DNA of 64,000 nucleotides from Escherichia coli (GTDB lineage Bacteria; Pseudomonadota; Gammaproteobacteria; Enterobacterales; Enterobacteriaceae): NCBI RefSeq assembly GCF_003018115.1, contig NZ_CP027457.1; one strand, 5' to 3'. Shown piece by piece: positions 55,447 to 64,000 of this stretch (position 1 is its first letter; each line of letters starts with the position of its first letter). The notes under the pieces were generated by a model. It saw only the letters and a program-made list of their open reading frames with translations, ran no database searches and was not told where the DNA came from. The position numbers and the translations under genes were made by a program.

Positions 55447-56526
55447 ATGCAAACACTTGCCGATTTACTGAATACGATCCCTGCTATCGATCCTGCCGCT
55501 ATGTCGCGTGCACAACGGCATATTGACGGGTTACTCAAACCTGTTGGTAGCCTTGGAAGGCTGGAGGCGCTTGCCATACAACTGGCAGGAATGCCGGGGT
55601 TGAATGGCATACCGCATGTGGGCAAAAAAGCGGTACTGGTTATGTGTGCCGATCACGGCGTCTGGGAGGAAGGGGTCGCTATTTCCCCAAAAGAAGTGAC
55701 AGCCATTCAGGCTGAAAATATGACCCGCGGAACAACCGGCGTGTGTGTGCTGGCAGCACAAGCGGGCGCTAACGTCCACGTAATTGATGTTGGTATTGAT
55801 AGTGCTGAGCCTATCCCCGGGCTTATCAACATGCGTGTCGCACGAGGTAGCGGCAATATTGCTTCAGCTCCGGCAATGAGTCGCCGTCAGGCTGAAAAGT
55901 TGCTTTTGGACGTCATATGTTATACGCGGGAGCTGGCAAAAAATGGTGTCACGCTGTTTTGTGTAGGTGAACTGGGGATGGCAAACACGACACCGGCAGC
56001 GGCAATAGTCAGCACAATCACTGGCCGGGATCCTGAAGAAGTGGTTGGGATTGGCGCAAACCTGCCAACAGATAAACTGGCTAATAAAATTAATGTTGTG
56101 CGCCGGGCGATTACGTTGAATCAACCAAATCCGCAGGATGGCGTTGATGTTCTGGCAAAAGTGGGTGGATTTGATTTGGTCGGAATGGCTGGCGTGATGT
56201 TAGGCGCTGCTTCCTGCGGTTTACCCGTGTTGCTGGATGGATTTCTTTCTTATGCTGCTGCGCTCGCAGCCTGCCAGATGTCTCCTGCAATCAAACCGTA
56301 TCTCATTCCTTCTCACCTGTCGGCAGAAAAAGGGGCGCGTATAGCGCTGTCGCATTTGGGGCTGGAGCCTTATCTCGATATGGAGATGCGTTTAGGTGAG
56401 GGGAGTGGCGCAGCTCTGGCGATGCCCATCATCGAAGCTGCCTGTGCGATATATAACAACATGGGCGAACTTGCTGCCAGTAATATTGTTCTACCGGGGA
56501 ATACGACTTCTGATTTGAACAGTTAA
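55447..56526 (+). CDS. cobT: Nicotinate-nucleotide:dimethylbenzimidazole phosphoribosyltransferase
   Basis: 359-aa [24 protein letters not shown] motifs. Confidence 0.96.
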   Translation: MQTLADLLNTIPAIDPAAMSRAQRHIDGLLKPVGSLGRLEALAIQLAGMPGLNGIPHVGKKAVLVMCADHGVWEEGVAISPKEVTAIQAENMTRGTTGVCVLAAQAGANVHVIDVGIDSAEPIPGLINMRVARGSGNIASAPAMSRRQAEKLLLDVICYTRELAKNGVTLFCVGELGMANTTPAAAIVSTITGRDPEEVVGIGANLPTDKLANKINVVRRAITLNQPNPQDGVDVLAKVGGFDLVGMAGVMLGAASCGLPVLLDGFLSYAAALAACQMSPAIKPYLIPSHLSAEKGARIALSHLGLEPYLDMEMRLGEGSGAALAMPIIEAACAIYNNMGELAASNIVLPGNTTSDLNS

Positions 56527-56590
56527 AAACGAAAAGTCTGATAAAAGCTATACTTAACGGATAGCTTTCGCGACTTAGGAAAGGGACATG

Positions 56591-57523
56591 ATGCGTCGTG
56601 TAAATATTCTTTGCTCATTTGCTCTGCTTTTTGCCAGCCATACTAGCCTGGCGGTAACTTATCCATTACCTCCAGAGGGTAGCCGTTTAGTGGGGCAGTC
56701 GTTTACTGTAACTGTTCCTGATCACAATACCCAGCCGCTGGAGACTTTTGCCGCACAATACGGGCAAGGGTTAAGTAACATGCTGGAAGCGAACCCGGGC
56801 GCTGATGTTTTCTTGCCGAAGTCTGGCTCGCAACTCACCATTCCGCAGCAACTGATTTTGCCCGCCACTGTTCGTAAAGGGATTGTGGTTAACGTCGCTG
56901 AGATGCGTCTTTATTACTACCCACCAGACAGTAATACTGTGGAAGTCTTTCCTATTGGTATCGGCCAGGCTGGGCGAGAAACCCCGCGTAACTGGGTGAC
57001 TACCGTTGAACGTAAACAAGAAGCTCCAACCTGGACGCCAACGCCGAACACTCGGCGCGAATATGCGAAACGAGGGGAGAGTTTGCCCGCATTTGTTCCT
57101 GCGGGGCCCGATAATCCCATGGGGCTGTACGCGATTTATATTGGCAGGTTGTATGCCATCCACGGTACCAATGCCAATTTTGGTATTGGGCTCCGGGTAA
57201 GTCAGGGCTGTATTCGTCTGCGCAATGACGATATCAAATATCTGTTTGATAATGTTCCTGTTGGGACGCGTGTGCAAATTATCGACCAGCCAGTAAAATA
57301 CACCACTGAACCAGATGGCTCGAACTGGCTGGAAGTTCATGAGCCGCTGTCGCGCAATCGTGCAGAATATGAGTCTGACCGAAAAGTGCCATTGCCGGTA
57401 ACCCCATCTTTGCGGGCGTTTATCAACGGGCAAGAAGTTGATGTGAATCGCGCAAATGCTGCGTTGCAACGTCGATCGGGAATGCCTGTGCAAATTAGTT
57501 CTGGTTCAAGACAGATGTTTTAA
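56591..57523 (+). CDS. ldtA: L,D-transpeptidase LdtA (ErfK)
   Basis: 310-aa form [21 protein letters not shown] (signal peptide); LysM-like region; YkuD catalytic motif HGTN...SQGCIRL. Confidence 0.95.
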   Translation: MRRVNILCSFALLFASHTSLAVTYPLPPEGSRLVGQSFTVTVPDHNTQPLETFAAQYGQGLSNMLEANPGADVFLPKSGSQLTIPQQLILPATVRKGIVVNVAEMRLYYYPPDSNTVEVFPIGIGQAGRETPRNWVTTVERKQEAPTWTPTPNTRREYAKRGESLPAFVPAGPDNPMGLYAIYIGRLYAIHGTNANFGIGLRVSQGCIRLRNDDIKYLFDNVPVGTRVQIIDQPVKYTTEPDGSNWLEVHEPLSRNRAEYESDRKVPLPVTPSLRAFINGQEVDVNRANAALQRRSGMPVQISSGSRQMF

Positions 57524-57548
57524 GAGCGTTGGTAATTAGAAAGCAAAA

Positions 57549-57573
57549 AGCCTGCTAGAAAGCAGGCTTTTTT
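57549..57573. terminator. Bidirectional terminator between ldtA and asnV
   Basis: agcctgct-agaa-agcaggct stem flanked by aaaaa and tttttt. Confidence 0.85.
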
Positions 57574-57578
57574 GAATT

Positions 57579-57654
57579 TGGCTCCTCTGACTGGACTCGA
57601 ACCAGTGACATACGGATTAACAGTCCGCCGTTCTACCGACTGAACTACAGAGGA
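57579..57654 (-). tRNA. asnV: tRNA-Asn (GUU)
   Basis: Reverse complement reads TCCTCTGTAGTTCAGTCGGTAGAACGGCGGACTGTTAATCCGTATGTCACTGGTTCGAGTCCAGTCAGAGGAGCCA (76 nt, anticodon loop CTGTTAA, encoded CCA). Confidence 0.97.
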
Positions 57655-57774
57655 ATCGTGTGAACGGGGCGCATATTAATGGCAGTGCATGGTGATGTCA
57701 AAGGGTGAAATGCATTTTTTTGTTTGTTTGCTGTCAATTTCAACAAAGTGATGAGATTTCAATCTTATTGGTAA

Positions 57775-57791
57775 TGAACCATCGTGGTGCA
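57775..57791 (+). promoter_or_regulatory. Probable NtrC enhancer site upstream of nac
   Basis: TGAACCATCGTGGTGCA matches TGCACCA-N3-TGGTGCA at 13 of 14 specified positions; about 135 bp upstream of the sigma54 promoter element. Confidence 0.6.
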
Positions 57792-57908
57792 TACCCTCCT
57801 TTTATAGGGCAGGGGAACGCGACTGCTGGTGAAAAGAGCCAATGACGAATCTATCATAATCTCTTATTTGACAGTTGGTTAGCTTGTACATCAACGCCAA
57901 AATAAAAC

Positions 57909-57924
57909 TGGCAAGCATCTTGCA
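57909..57924 (+). promoter_or_regulatory. Sigma-54 (-24/-12) promoter of nac
   Basis: TGGCAAGCATCTTGCA fits TGGCAC-N5-TTGCA with GG and GC correctly spaced; 56 nt upstream of the nac ATG. Confidence 0.8.
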
Positions 57925-57979
57925 GTCTGGTTGTAAGTAATGGCGGCACTTGGGCCGATTCTCAAAAACCGGAGGCAAC

Positions 57980-58897
57980 ATGAACTTCAGACGCCTGAAA
58001 TACTTCGTAAAAATTGTAGATATTGGTAGCCTGACCCAGGCTGCTGAAGTATTGCATATCGCACAACCAGCGCTCAGCCAGCAGGTTGCCACACTGGAAG
58101 GTGAGTTAAATCAACAACTTTTGATTCGCACAAAACGAGGCGTTACGCCAACAGACGCCGGAAAAATTCTCTATACCCATGCGCGGGCCATTTTACGTCA
58201 GTGTGAGCAGGCCCAACTGGCGGTGCATAACGTTGGTCAGGCATTATCGGGGCAAGTCTCGATTGGCTTTGCGCCAGGAACCGCTGCGTCATCCATCACC
58301 ATGCCCTTATTACAGGCGGTTCGCGCTGAATTTCCGGAGGTCGTTATCTATCTTCATGAAAATAGCGGTGCAGTGCTTAACGAAAAACTGATAAATCACC
58401 AACTCGATATGGCGGTGATTTATGAGCATTCCCCTGTGGCTGGTGTATCCAGTCAGGCTTTACTGAAAGAAGATCTTTTTCTGGTAGGAACTCAAGATTG
58501 CCCGGGGCAAAGCGTTGATGTTAATGCTATTGCGCAAATGAACCTCTTTCTCCCCAGTGATTACAGTGCTATTAGACTTCGTGTTGATGAGGCTTTTTCC
58601 CTACGGCGACTCACGGCAAAAGTCATTGGTGAAATTGAGTCTATTGCCACGCTTACCGCAGCGATTGCGAGCGGCATGGGCGTTGCAGTATTACCCGAAT
58701 CGGCCGCGCGTTCGTTATGTGGCGCAGTAAACGGGTGGATGTCACGCATTACCACACCTTCCATGAGTCTCTCTTTGTCACTAAATTTACCCGCCAGAGC
58801 GAACTTATCACCACAGGCGCAAGCAGTGAAAGAGTTGTTAATGTCAGTGATGAGTTCTCCAGTGATGGAAAAAAGGCAGTGGCAATTGGTGAGCTAA
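57980..58897 (+). CDS. nac: Nitrogen assimilation control protein (LysR family)
   Basis: ATG at 57980 after GGAGG gives the 305-aa form MNFRRLKYFVKIVDIGSLTQAAEVLHIAQPALSQQV. Confidence 0.95.
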   Translation: MNFRRLKYFVKIVDIGSLTQAAEVLHIAQPALSQQVATLEGELNQQLLIRTKRGVTPTDAGKILYTHARAILRQCEQAQLAVHNVGQALSGQVSIGFAPGTAASSITMPLLQAVRAEFPEVVIYLHENSGAVLNEKLINHQLDMAVIYEHSPVAGVSSQALLKEDLFLVGTQDCPGQSVDVNAIAQMNLFLPSDYSAIRLRVDEAFSLRRLTAKVIGEIESIATLTAAIASGMGVAVLPESAARSLCGAVNGWMSRITTPSMSLSLSLNLPARANLSPQAQAVKELLMSVMSSPVMEKRQWQLVS

Positions 58898-58998
58898 GCG
58901 TTATATCGGGATGGAATAAGATGCGGGTTTTTATTATTTGTTATGCCGGGCATTAGACTTTAACAATAACGGGAAATCTGAACTGCCCGGAGTTTACC

Positions 58999-59949
58999 GT
59001 GAATTTCCAACAACTAAAGATAATCCGCGAGGCTGCACGTCAGGATTACAACCTGACAGAGGTTGCGAATATGCTTTTTACCTCACAGTCAGGCGTCAGC
59101 CGTCATATTCGGGAACTGGAGGATGAACTTGGCATCGAAATATTTGTTCGACGAGGTAAGCGACTGCTGGGCATGACTGAACCGGGCAAAGCATTACTGG
59201 TCATTGCAGAACGTATTCTGAATGAAGCCAGTAATGTTCGTCGGCTTGCAGACCTGTTTACCAACGATACGTCTGGCGTTCTCACTATTGCAACGACGCA
59301 TACTCAGGCACGTTATAGCTTGCCAGAGGTCATTAAAGCTTTTCGCGAACTTTTCCCGGAGGTTCGGCTCGAGCTAATCCAGGGGACGCCACAGGAAATT
59401 GCGACGTTGTTGCAAAATGGCGAAGCTGATATTGGTATCGCCAGCGAGCGTTTGAGTAATGACCCGCAGCTCGTCGCCTTCCCGTGGTTTCGTTGGCACC
59501 ATAGTTTGCTTGTTCCACTCGATCATCCCTTGACGCAAATTACACCGTTGACGCTGGAATCAATAGCGAAGTGGCCGTTAATTACTTACCGACAGGGGAT
59601 TACGGGGCGCTCACGTATTGATGACGCATTTGTCCGCAAAGGTTTGCTGGCAGATATTGTATTAAGTGCGCAGGATTCTGATGTCATTAAAACCTATGTT
59701 GCTCTTGGGCTGGGGATTGGATTAGTTGCCGAACAATCCAGCGGCGAACAAGAGGAAGAGAATTTAATCCGTCTGGATACGCGGCATCTTTTCGATGCCA
59801 ATACTGTATGGTTGGGACTGAAGCGAGGGCAACTTCAACGTAACTATGTCTGGCGCTTTCTGGAACTTTGTAATGCAGGACTGTCAGTTGAGGATATCAA
59901 GCGCAAGGTGATGGAGAACAGTGAAGAGGAAATTGATTATCAGATATAG
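58999..59949 (+). CDS. cbl: CysB-like regulator of sulfonate-sulfur utilisation (LysR family)
   Basis: 316-aa ORF, GTG start; MNFQQLKIIREAARQDYNLTEVANMLFTSQSGVSRHIRELE. Confidence 0.95.
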   Translation: MNFQQLKIIREAARQDYNLTEVANMLFTSQSGVSRHIRELEDELGIEIFVRRGKRLLGMTEPGKALLVIAERILNEASNVRRLADLFTNDTSGVLTIATTHTQARYSLPEVIKAFRELFPEVRLELIQGTPQEIATLLQNGEADIGIASERLSNDPQLVAFPWFRWHHSLLVPLDHPLTQITPLTLESIAKWPLITYRQGITGRSRIDDAFVRKGLLADIVLSAQDSDVIKTYVALGLGIGLVAEQSSGEQEEENLIRLDTRHLFDANTVWLGLKRGQLQRNYVWRFLELCNAGLSVEDIKRKVMENSEEEIDYQI

Positions 59950-59954
59950 CAAAA

Positions 59955-59978
59955 AGCCCGCTATAAAAGCGGGCTTTT
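59955..59978. terminator. Terminator between cbl and asnU
   Basis: agcccgc-tataaa-gcgggct stem flanked by aaaaa and tttt. Confidence 0.8.
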
Positions 59979-59986
59979 CAGAAATT

Positions 59987-60062
59987 TGGCTCCTCTGACT
60001 GGACTCGAACCAGTGACATACGGATTAACAGTCCGCCGTTCTACCGACTGAACTACAGAGGA
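59987..60062 (-). tRNA. asnU: tRNA-Asn (GUU)
   Basis: 76-nt sequence identical to the copy at 57579-57654. Confidence 0.97.
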
Positions 60063-60222
60063 ATCGCTGTTGAGGCACATCTTAACGGCGAAAAATCTTT
60101 TGTCAAACCCGATTTTTAAATTTCCCAACTGTTTGCCGTTTCTATCAACAGTTTGTTGCATTTGCAGACAATTTGTTGGCGAAAATCTTTGCAGCTTTGC
60201 TGATTCTCCCTCATTATTTGAA

Positions 60223-61710
60223 ATGTGGTTTCACTTTCTGCAATTAAGGTCGGCTTTGAATATCTCCTCTGCTTTACGCCAGGTTGTTCACGGCACTCGC
60301 TGGCACGCTAAACGCAAGAGCTACAAAGTGTTGTTCTGGCGCGAGATAACCCCGCTTGCTGTTCCTATCTTCATGGAGAATGCCTGTGTCCTGTTGATGG
60401 GGGTTCTGAGCACTTTTCTGGTCAGCTGGCTGGGAAAAGATGCGATGGCCGGCGTGGGATTGGCGGACAGCTTCAATATGGTCATTATGGCTTTTTTTGC
60501 TGCTATCGATCTTGGTACTACTGTCGTTGTGGCATTTAGTCTCGGTAAGCGGGATCGACGACGAGCGAGGGTGGCGACGCGGCAGTCATTGGTGATCATG
60601 ACGTTGTTTGCCGTACTGTTGGCAACGCTTATTCATCATTTTGGCGAACAAATTATTGATTTCGTCGCGGGTGATGCCACGACAGAAGTTAAAGCACTGG
60701 CGTTGACTTATCTGGAGCTGACGGTACTCAGTTATCCAGCAGCTGCCATCACTCTTATTGGTAGCGGGGCACTTCGTGGTGCAGGGAATACGAAAATACC
60801 GCTATTGATTAACGGTAGCCTGAATATTCTTAATATTATTATTAGCGGCATATTGATTTACGGCCTTTTCTCCTGGCCGGGACTGGGATTTGTCGGGGCA
60901 GGGCTGGGTTTAACCATTTCTCGTTATATTGGCGCAGTTGCAATTTTGTGGGTGCTGGCGATTGGTTTTAATCCTGCGCTAAGGATTTCGTTAAAGAGCT
61001 ATTTTAAACCGCTGAATTTTAGCATTATCTGGGAAGTCATGGGGATTGGTATTCCCGCGAGTGTCGAATCAGTGTTATTTACCAGTGGTCGGTTATTAAC
61101 CCAAATGTTCGTTGCCGGGATGGGGACCAGTGTTATTGCCGGAAATTTTATCGCGTTTTCAATTGCGGCTCTTATCAACTTACCCGGAAGTGCGCTCGGC
61201 TCTGCTTCTACGATCATTACAGGCCGAAGGTTGGGGGTAGGGCAGATAGCGCAAGCAGAGATTCAGTTGCGGCATGTGTTCTGGCTGTCCACTCTTGGAT
61301 TAACGGCCATCGCCTGGCTAACGGCTCCCTTTGCCGGGCTTATGGCATCGTTTTACACCCAGGATCCACAAGTTAAACATGTCGTTGTGATTCTGATTTG
61401 GCTAAATGCTTTATTTATGCCTATTTGGTCCGCCTCATGGGTGCTACCCGCTGGATTTAAAGGTGCTCGTGATGCCCGTTACGCCATGTGGGTTTCGATG
61501 TTGAGCATGTGGGGTTGTCGGGTTGTCGTCGGTTATGTGCTGGGAATCATGCTTGGCTGGGGTGTGGTTGGTGTCTGGATGGGAATGTTTGCCGACTGGG
61601 CTGTGCGGGCCGTGCTGTTTTACTGGCGAATGGTTACTGGACGTTGGCTATGGAAATACCCTCGATCCGAGCCGCAAAAGTGTGAAAAAAAGCCAGTTGT
61701 GTCGGAATAA
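60223..61710 (+). CDS. yeeO: MATE-family efflux transporter YeeO
   Basis: ATG at 60223 gives the 495-aa form MWFHFLQLRSALNISS. The ORF-track TTG at 60070 begins 8 nt after the tRNA and is implausible. 12-TM MATE-like sequence. Confidence 0.9.
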   Translation: MWFHFLQLRSALNISSALRQVVHGTRWHAKRKSYKVLFWREITPLAVPIFMENACVLLMGVLSTFLVSWLGKDAMAGVGLADSFNMVIMAFFAAIDLGTTVVVAFSLGKRDRRRARVATRQSLVIMTLFAVLLATLIHHFGEQIIDFVAGDATTEVKALALTYLELTVLSYPAAAITLIGSGALRGAGNTKIPLLINGSLNILNIIISGILIYGLFSWPGLGFVGAGLGLTISRYIGAVAILWVLAIGFNPALRISLKSYFKPLNFSIIWEVMGIGIPASVESVLFTSGRLLTQMFVAGMGTSVIAGNFIAFSIAALINLPGSALGSASTIITGRRLGVGQIAQAEIQLRHVFWLSTLGLTAIAWLTAPFAGLMASFYTQDPQVKHVVVILIWLNALFMPIWSASWVLPAGFKGARDARYAMWVSMLSMWGCRVVVGYVLGIMLGWGVVGVWMGMFADWAVRAVLFYWRMVTGRWLWKYPRSEPQKCEKKPVVSE

Positions 61711-61810
61711 ACGACAAAATGCAGATTATTTCAGCAAACGATTTCAAATTTAAAAAACAGGCTTTGACATTGTGGGTGGGCATCGCTAATATTCGCCTCG
61801 TTCTCACGAT

Positions 61811-61886
61811 TCCTCTGTAGTTCAGTCGGTAGAACGGCGGACTGTTAATCCGTATGTCACTGGTTCGAGTCCAGTCAGAGGAGCCA
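61811..61886 (+). tRNA. asnW: tRNA-Asn (GUU)
   Basis: TCCTCTGTAGTTCAGTCGGTAGAACGGCGGACTGTTAATCCGTATGTCACTGGTTCGAGTCCAGTCAGAGGAGCCA; identical to the other two copies but on the opposite strand. Confidence 0.97.
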
Positions 61887-61948
61887 AATTTTAGTTTTGA
61901 GACATCTCTATGAGTCTCAAGGCAGTTAAAAAATAAAAATTATTTTTA

Positions 61949-61983
61949 CCCGGCCACTTTGTAAAAAAGTGGCCGGGTTTTTT
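61949..61983 (+). terminator. Rho-independent terminator downstream of asnW
   Basis: cccggccactt-tgtaaaa-aagtggccggg stem followed by tttttt. Confidence 0.8.
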
Positions 61984-62335
61984 GATTTCTGTGTTTCGTG
62001 CGCTTAATCGAGTCTCACGCTTCAGTGAGCAAATTGCCCCTCCCCAACAGACATCACGATTCACAAGGTCAAAAATTCTGTTCCATGAAGTACCGTACAA
62101 AGATAAAGAGAAAAATGCCTTATGCGGGATGTCGCTGTCGCGTCTTTATCGGGAAACTATACGTAATTACCACTTGCCTTCTGTAATCAGAAAAAGAAGA
62201 CCTGGAATTTTAATAAATATTATTTCTCTGGGGGGATTTTTATAATCAATATGACGAGTTGAAAATTATATTCTTTATAAGAATTATATGAGGTTAAAGA
62301 AATCTGCCGTAAAGACAGATTTCTTTAAAAGATAA

Positions 62336-63052
62336 TTAGAGATTTGCGACGTTATGATAAACTTTTTGTACATCGTCGTCATCTTCAAGGGCATCAACAA
62401 GCCCTTCAAAGATTTCTAAATCTTCTGGGGAAAGCTCAACTTCAGATTGAGCAATCATTTCTAATTCTGTTGTTGAGAACTCAGTGATTCCAGCTGCTTT
62501 TAGAGCCGCGATTCCTTTATGAAGGTCAGTAGGTTCGGTATAAATAACAATGTTACCTTCTTCTTCAGTCACATCACGAACATCAACTTCAGCTTCAAGT
62601 AAAATTTCAAAAATATGGTCAGGGTCTGATCCTTTAAATACAATCACACCAGTATTGTCAAACATATAGCTGACAGAACCTGCCGCTCCGATATTGCCGC
62701 CTTTTTTATTGAAAATTGTGCGAACGTTAGCAATCGTACGGTTAACATTTGAAGTCAATGTCTCGGCGATAATCATTGAGCCATTAGGACCAAAGCCTTC
62801 ATAACGGCCCTGCACGAATGTTTCATCTCCGCCGCCTTTGGCTTTATCAATTGCTTTATCAATAACGTGCTTTGGAACTTGTGCCTGCTTTGCACGTTCA
62901 ATAACGAATTTTAAAGATGTGTTTAATTCTGGATCGGGTTCACCTTGTTTAGCGGCAGCATAGATTTCTACACCGAATTTTGCATAAATTTTAGACGTTG
63001 CACCGTCTTTAGCCGTTTTTTTAGCAACAATATTGGCCCATTTACGTCCCAC
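62336..63052 (-). CDS. yeeN: YebC/PmpR-family transcriptional regulator YeeN
   Basis: 238-aa [34 protein letters not shown] (TACO1/YebC signature); noticeably AT-rich codon usage. Confidence 0.93.
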   Translation of the reverse strand: MGRKWANIVAKKTAKDGATSKIYAKFGVEIYAAAKQGEPDPELNTSLKFVIERAKQAQVPKHVIDKAIDKAKGGGDETFVQGRYEGFGPNGSMIIAETLTSNVNRTIANVRTIFNKKGGNIGAAGSVSYMFDNTGVIVFKGSDPDHIFEILLEAEVDVRDVTEEEGNIVIYTEPTDLHKGIAALKAAGITEFSTTELEMIAQSEVELSPEDLEIFEGLVDALEDDDDVQKVYHNVANL

Positions 63053-63394
63053 TGGAATGATCTCCTCGAAAATTTATTTACATTACTGGTAAATCGTTAA
63101 CATGTGTTAATTCGGCATATTATATCATAACAGGAAAAATCTCGTCTATTAGAAATAAAAATATTCTAAAGCCATAATCTTATATTTAATTTTATAAAAA
63201 CTTATATTGTTGGCGGGATTTTTTATAATTGTGTTTTGAAAGCATACTTGCTTTTAATATGTGGAAATCATTAAGACGATAATAAAACTCGTATCCGCCC
63301 AAGGAAGCAAACAGCCCGCGTTTATTGCGGGCTATTTGCCAGATGTCTTACTTAATCCTTCACATCTATTTTTGATAAGAAGGTTCAGAACTTA

Positions 63395-64000
63395 TTATCG
63401 GAACGGCGGCTCATTAAAGGTTCGTAATTTACGTGAATGCAGTCGGTCGCCTTCTGCGCGCAGCAAATCGATCGCCCGAATGCCAATTTGTAGGTGTTCG
63501 GAAATAGCGCCTTCATAAAAACGGTTAGCCTGACCGGGAAGTTTAATCTCGCCATGCAACGGTTTATCTGAAACACACAGTAGTGTCCCGTATGGCACGC
63601 GGAAACGATATCCTTGCGCGGCAATGGTTGCACTTTCCATATCAATTGCTACGGCCCGGCTTAAGTTAAAACGAAGTGCAGAAGCTGAGTAACGTAATTC
63701 CCAGTTCCTGTCATCTGTGGTTACCACAGTACCAGTACGTAGCCGCTGTTTGACTTCCTCACCGGGCCTGCCGCTCACCAGCTTGGTGGCGTCATAAAGC
63801 GCACGTTGCACTTCAGCAATGCTCGGAATAGGAATATCGGGCGGCAGAACCGCATCAAGAACGTGGTCATCGCGTAAATAAGCGTGTGCAAGTACATAAT
63901 CGCCAATGGCCTGACTTTCACGTAATCCGCCACAGTGACCAATCATCAACCAGACATCCGGGCGTAGCACTGCCAGATGATCGCAGATGGTTTTAGCATT
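63395..64000 (-). CDS. amn: AMP nucleosidase, 3' portion (5' end outside the window)
   Basis: Minus-strand frame open to the window edge; C-terminus ...LLRAEGDRLHSRKLRTFNEPPFR; stop at 63395-63397. Confidence 0.93.
   Translation of the reverse strand, partial: NAKTICDHLAVLRPDVWLMIGHCGGLRESQAIGDYVLAHAYLRDDHVLDAVLPPDIPIPSIAEVQRALYDATKLVSGRPGEEVKQRLRTGTVVTTDDRNWELRYSASALRFNLSRAVAIDMESATIAAQGYRFRVPYGTLLCVSDKPLHGEIKLPGQANRFYEGAISEHLQIGIRAIDLLRAEGDRLHSRKLRTFNEPPFR

Noticed and set aside
56771-57493. 240-aa minus-strand ORF inside ldtA
   Set aside because: It is antisense to the well-supported L,D-transpeptidase gene, which has a signal peptide and a YkuD motif on the plus strand.
60070-60222. 51-codon N-terminal extension of yeeO starting at a TTG
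   Set aside because: It would begin 8 nt after the asnU tRNA gene. The ATG at 60223 reproduces the 495-aa form that I recall for K-12 YeeO.
61982-62245. Short ORFs (62-87 codons, both strands) in the asnW-yeeN spacer
   Set aside because: They lack a Shine-Dalgarno sequence and recognisable motifs, and they overlap one another. This is insufficient evidence for coding.
63261-63518. 85-aa plus-strand ORF in the yeeN-amn intergenic region
   Set aside because: It overlaps the 3' end of amn on the opposite strand and contains the amn terminator hairpin (63314-63332). There is no coding signal.

Overview
This window is a contiguous stretch of an Escherichia coli chromosome, the cps / O-antigen / his / cob / asn-tRNA region, read in the opposite orientation to the K-12 map. 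I identified genes by reading the ORF track and sequence motifs and by recalling the K-12 orthologues. No database search was possible.

Gene order:
- 3' part of wzc and the complete colanic-acid operon wcaA-wcaM (1-20951), with three REP/BIME clusters
- galF, then a JUMPstart/ops element
- a strain-specific, visibly AT-rich, translationally coupled 10-gene O-antigen operon (22353-31414)
- gnd, ugd, wzzB
- the his operon hisGDCBHAFI on the minus strand, with the hisL leader and attenuator
- yefM-yoeB, yeeZ, yeeY, yoeI-plaP, yeeE-yeeD, sbcB, dacD, sbmC (with LexA box), yeeA, yeeX
- a pduV/eutP-like gene stub, cobUST, ldtA
- three identical tRNA-Asn genes interleaved with nac, cbl and yeeO
- yeeN and the 3' part of amn

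I found no IS element, prophage, integrase or CRISPR array.

The only clearly accessory segment is the O-antigen locus, and it holds the most interesting signals:
1. It opens with an unassigned three-gene module: a minimal HAD phosphatase, a 529-aa nucleotidyltransferase-like/APH-type-kinase fusion, and a second nucleotidyltransferase. This looks like a precursor-activation pathway that I cannot assign to any characterised system. The locus has no classical NDP-sugar genes.
2. The O-antigen polymerase gene wzy is split by a G8 homopolymer. One extra G, or two fewer, restores a 408-aa ORF.
3. A second G8 tract sits in frame in wzx. A9/A10 runs sit in glycosyltransferase genes.
4. The locus ends with a split Alg14-like/Alg13-like glycosyltransferase pair.

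Outside the locus, the noteworthy points are a scar of the lost pdu-cbi region next to cobU, with the K-12 CP4-44 prophage site empty, and an unoccupied asnW island-integration site. All functional calls for the O-antigen genes are motif-based inferences and need homology or structure searches.
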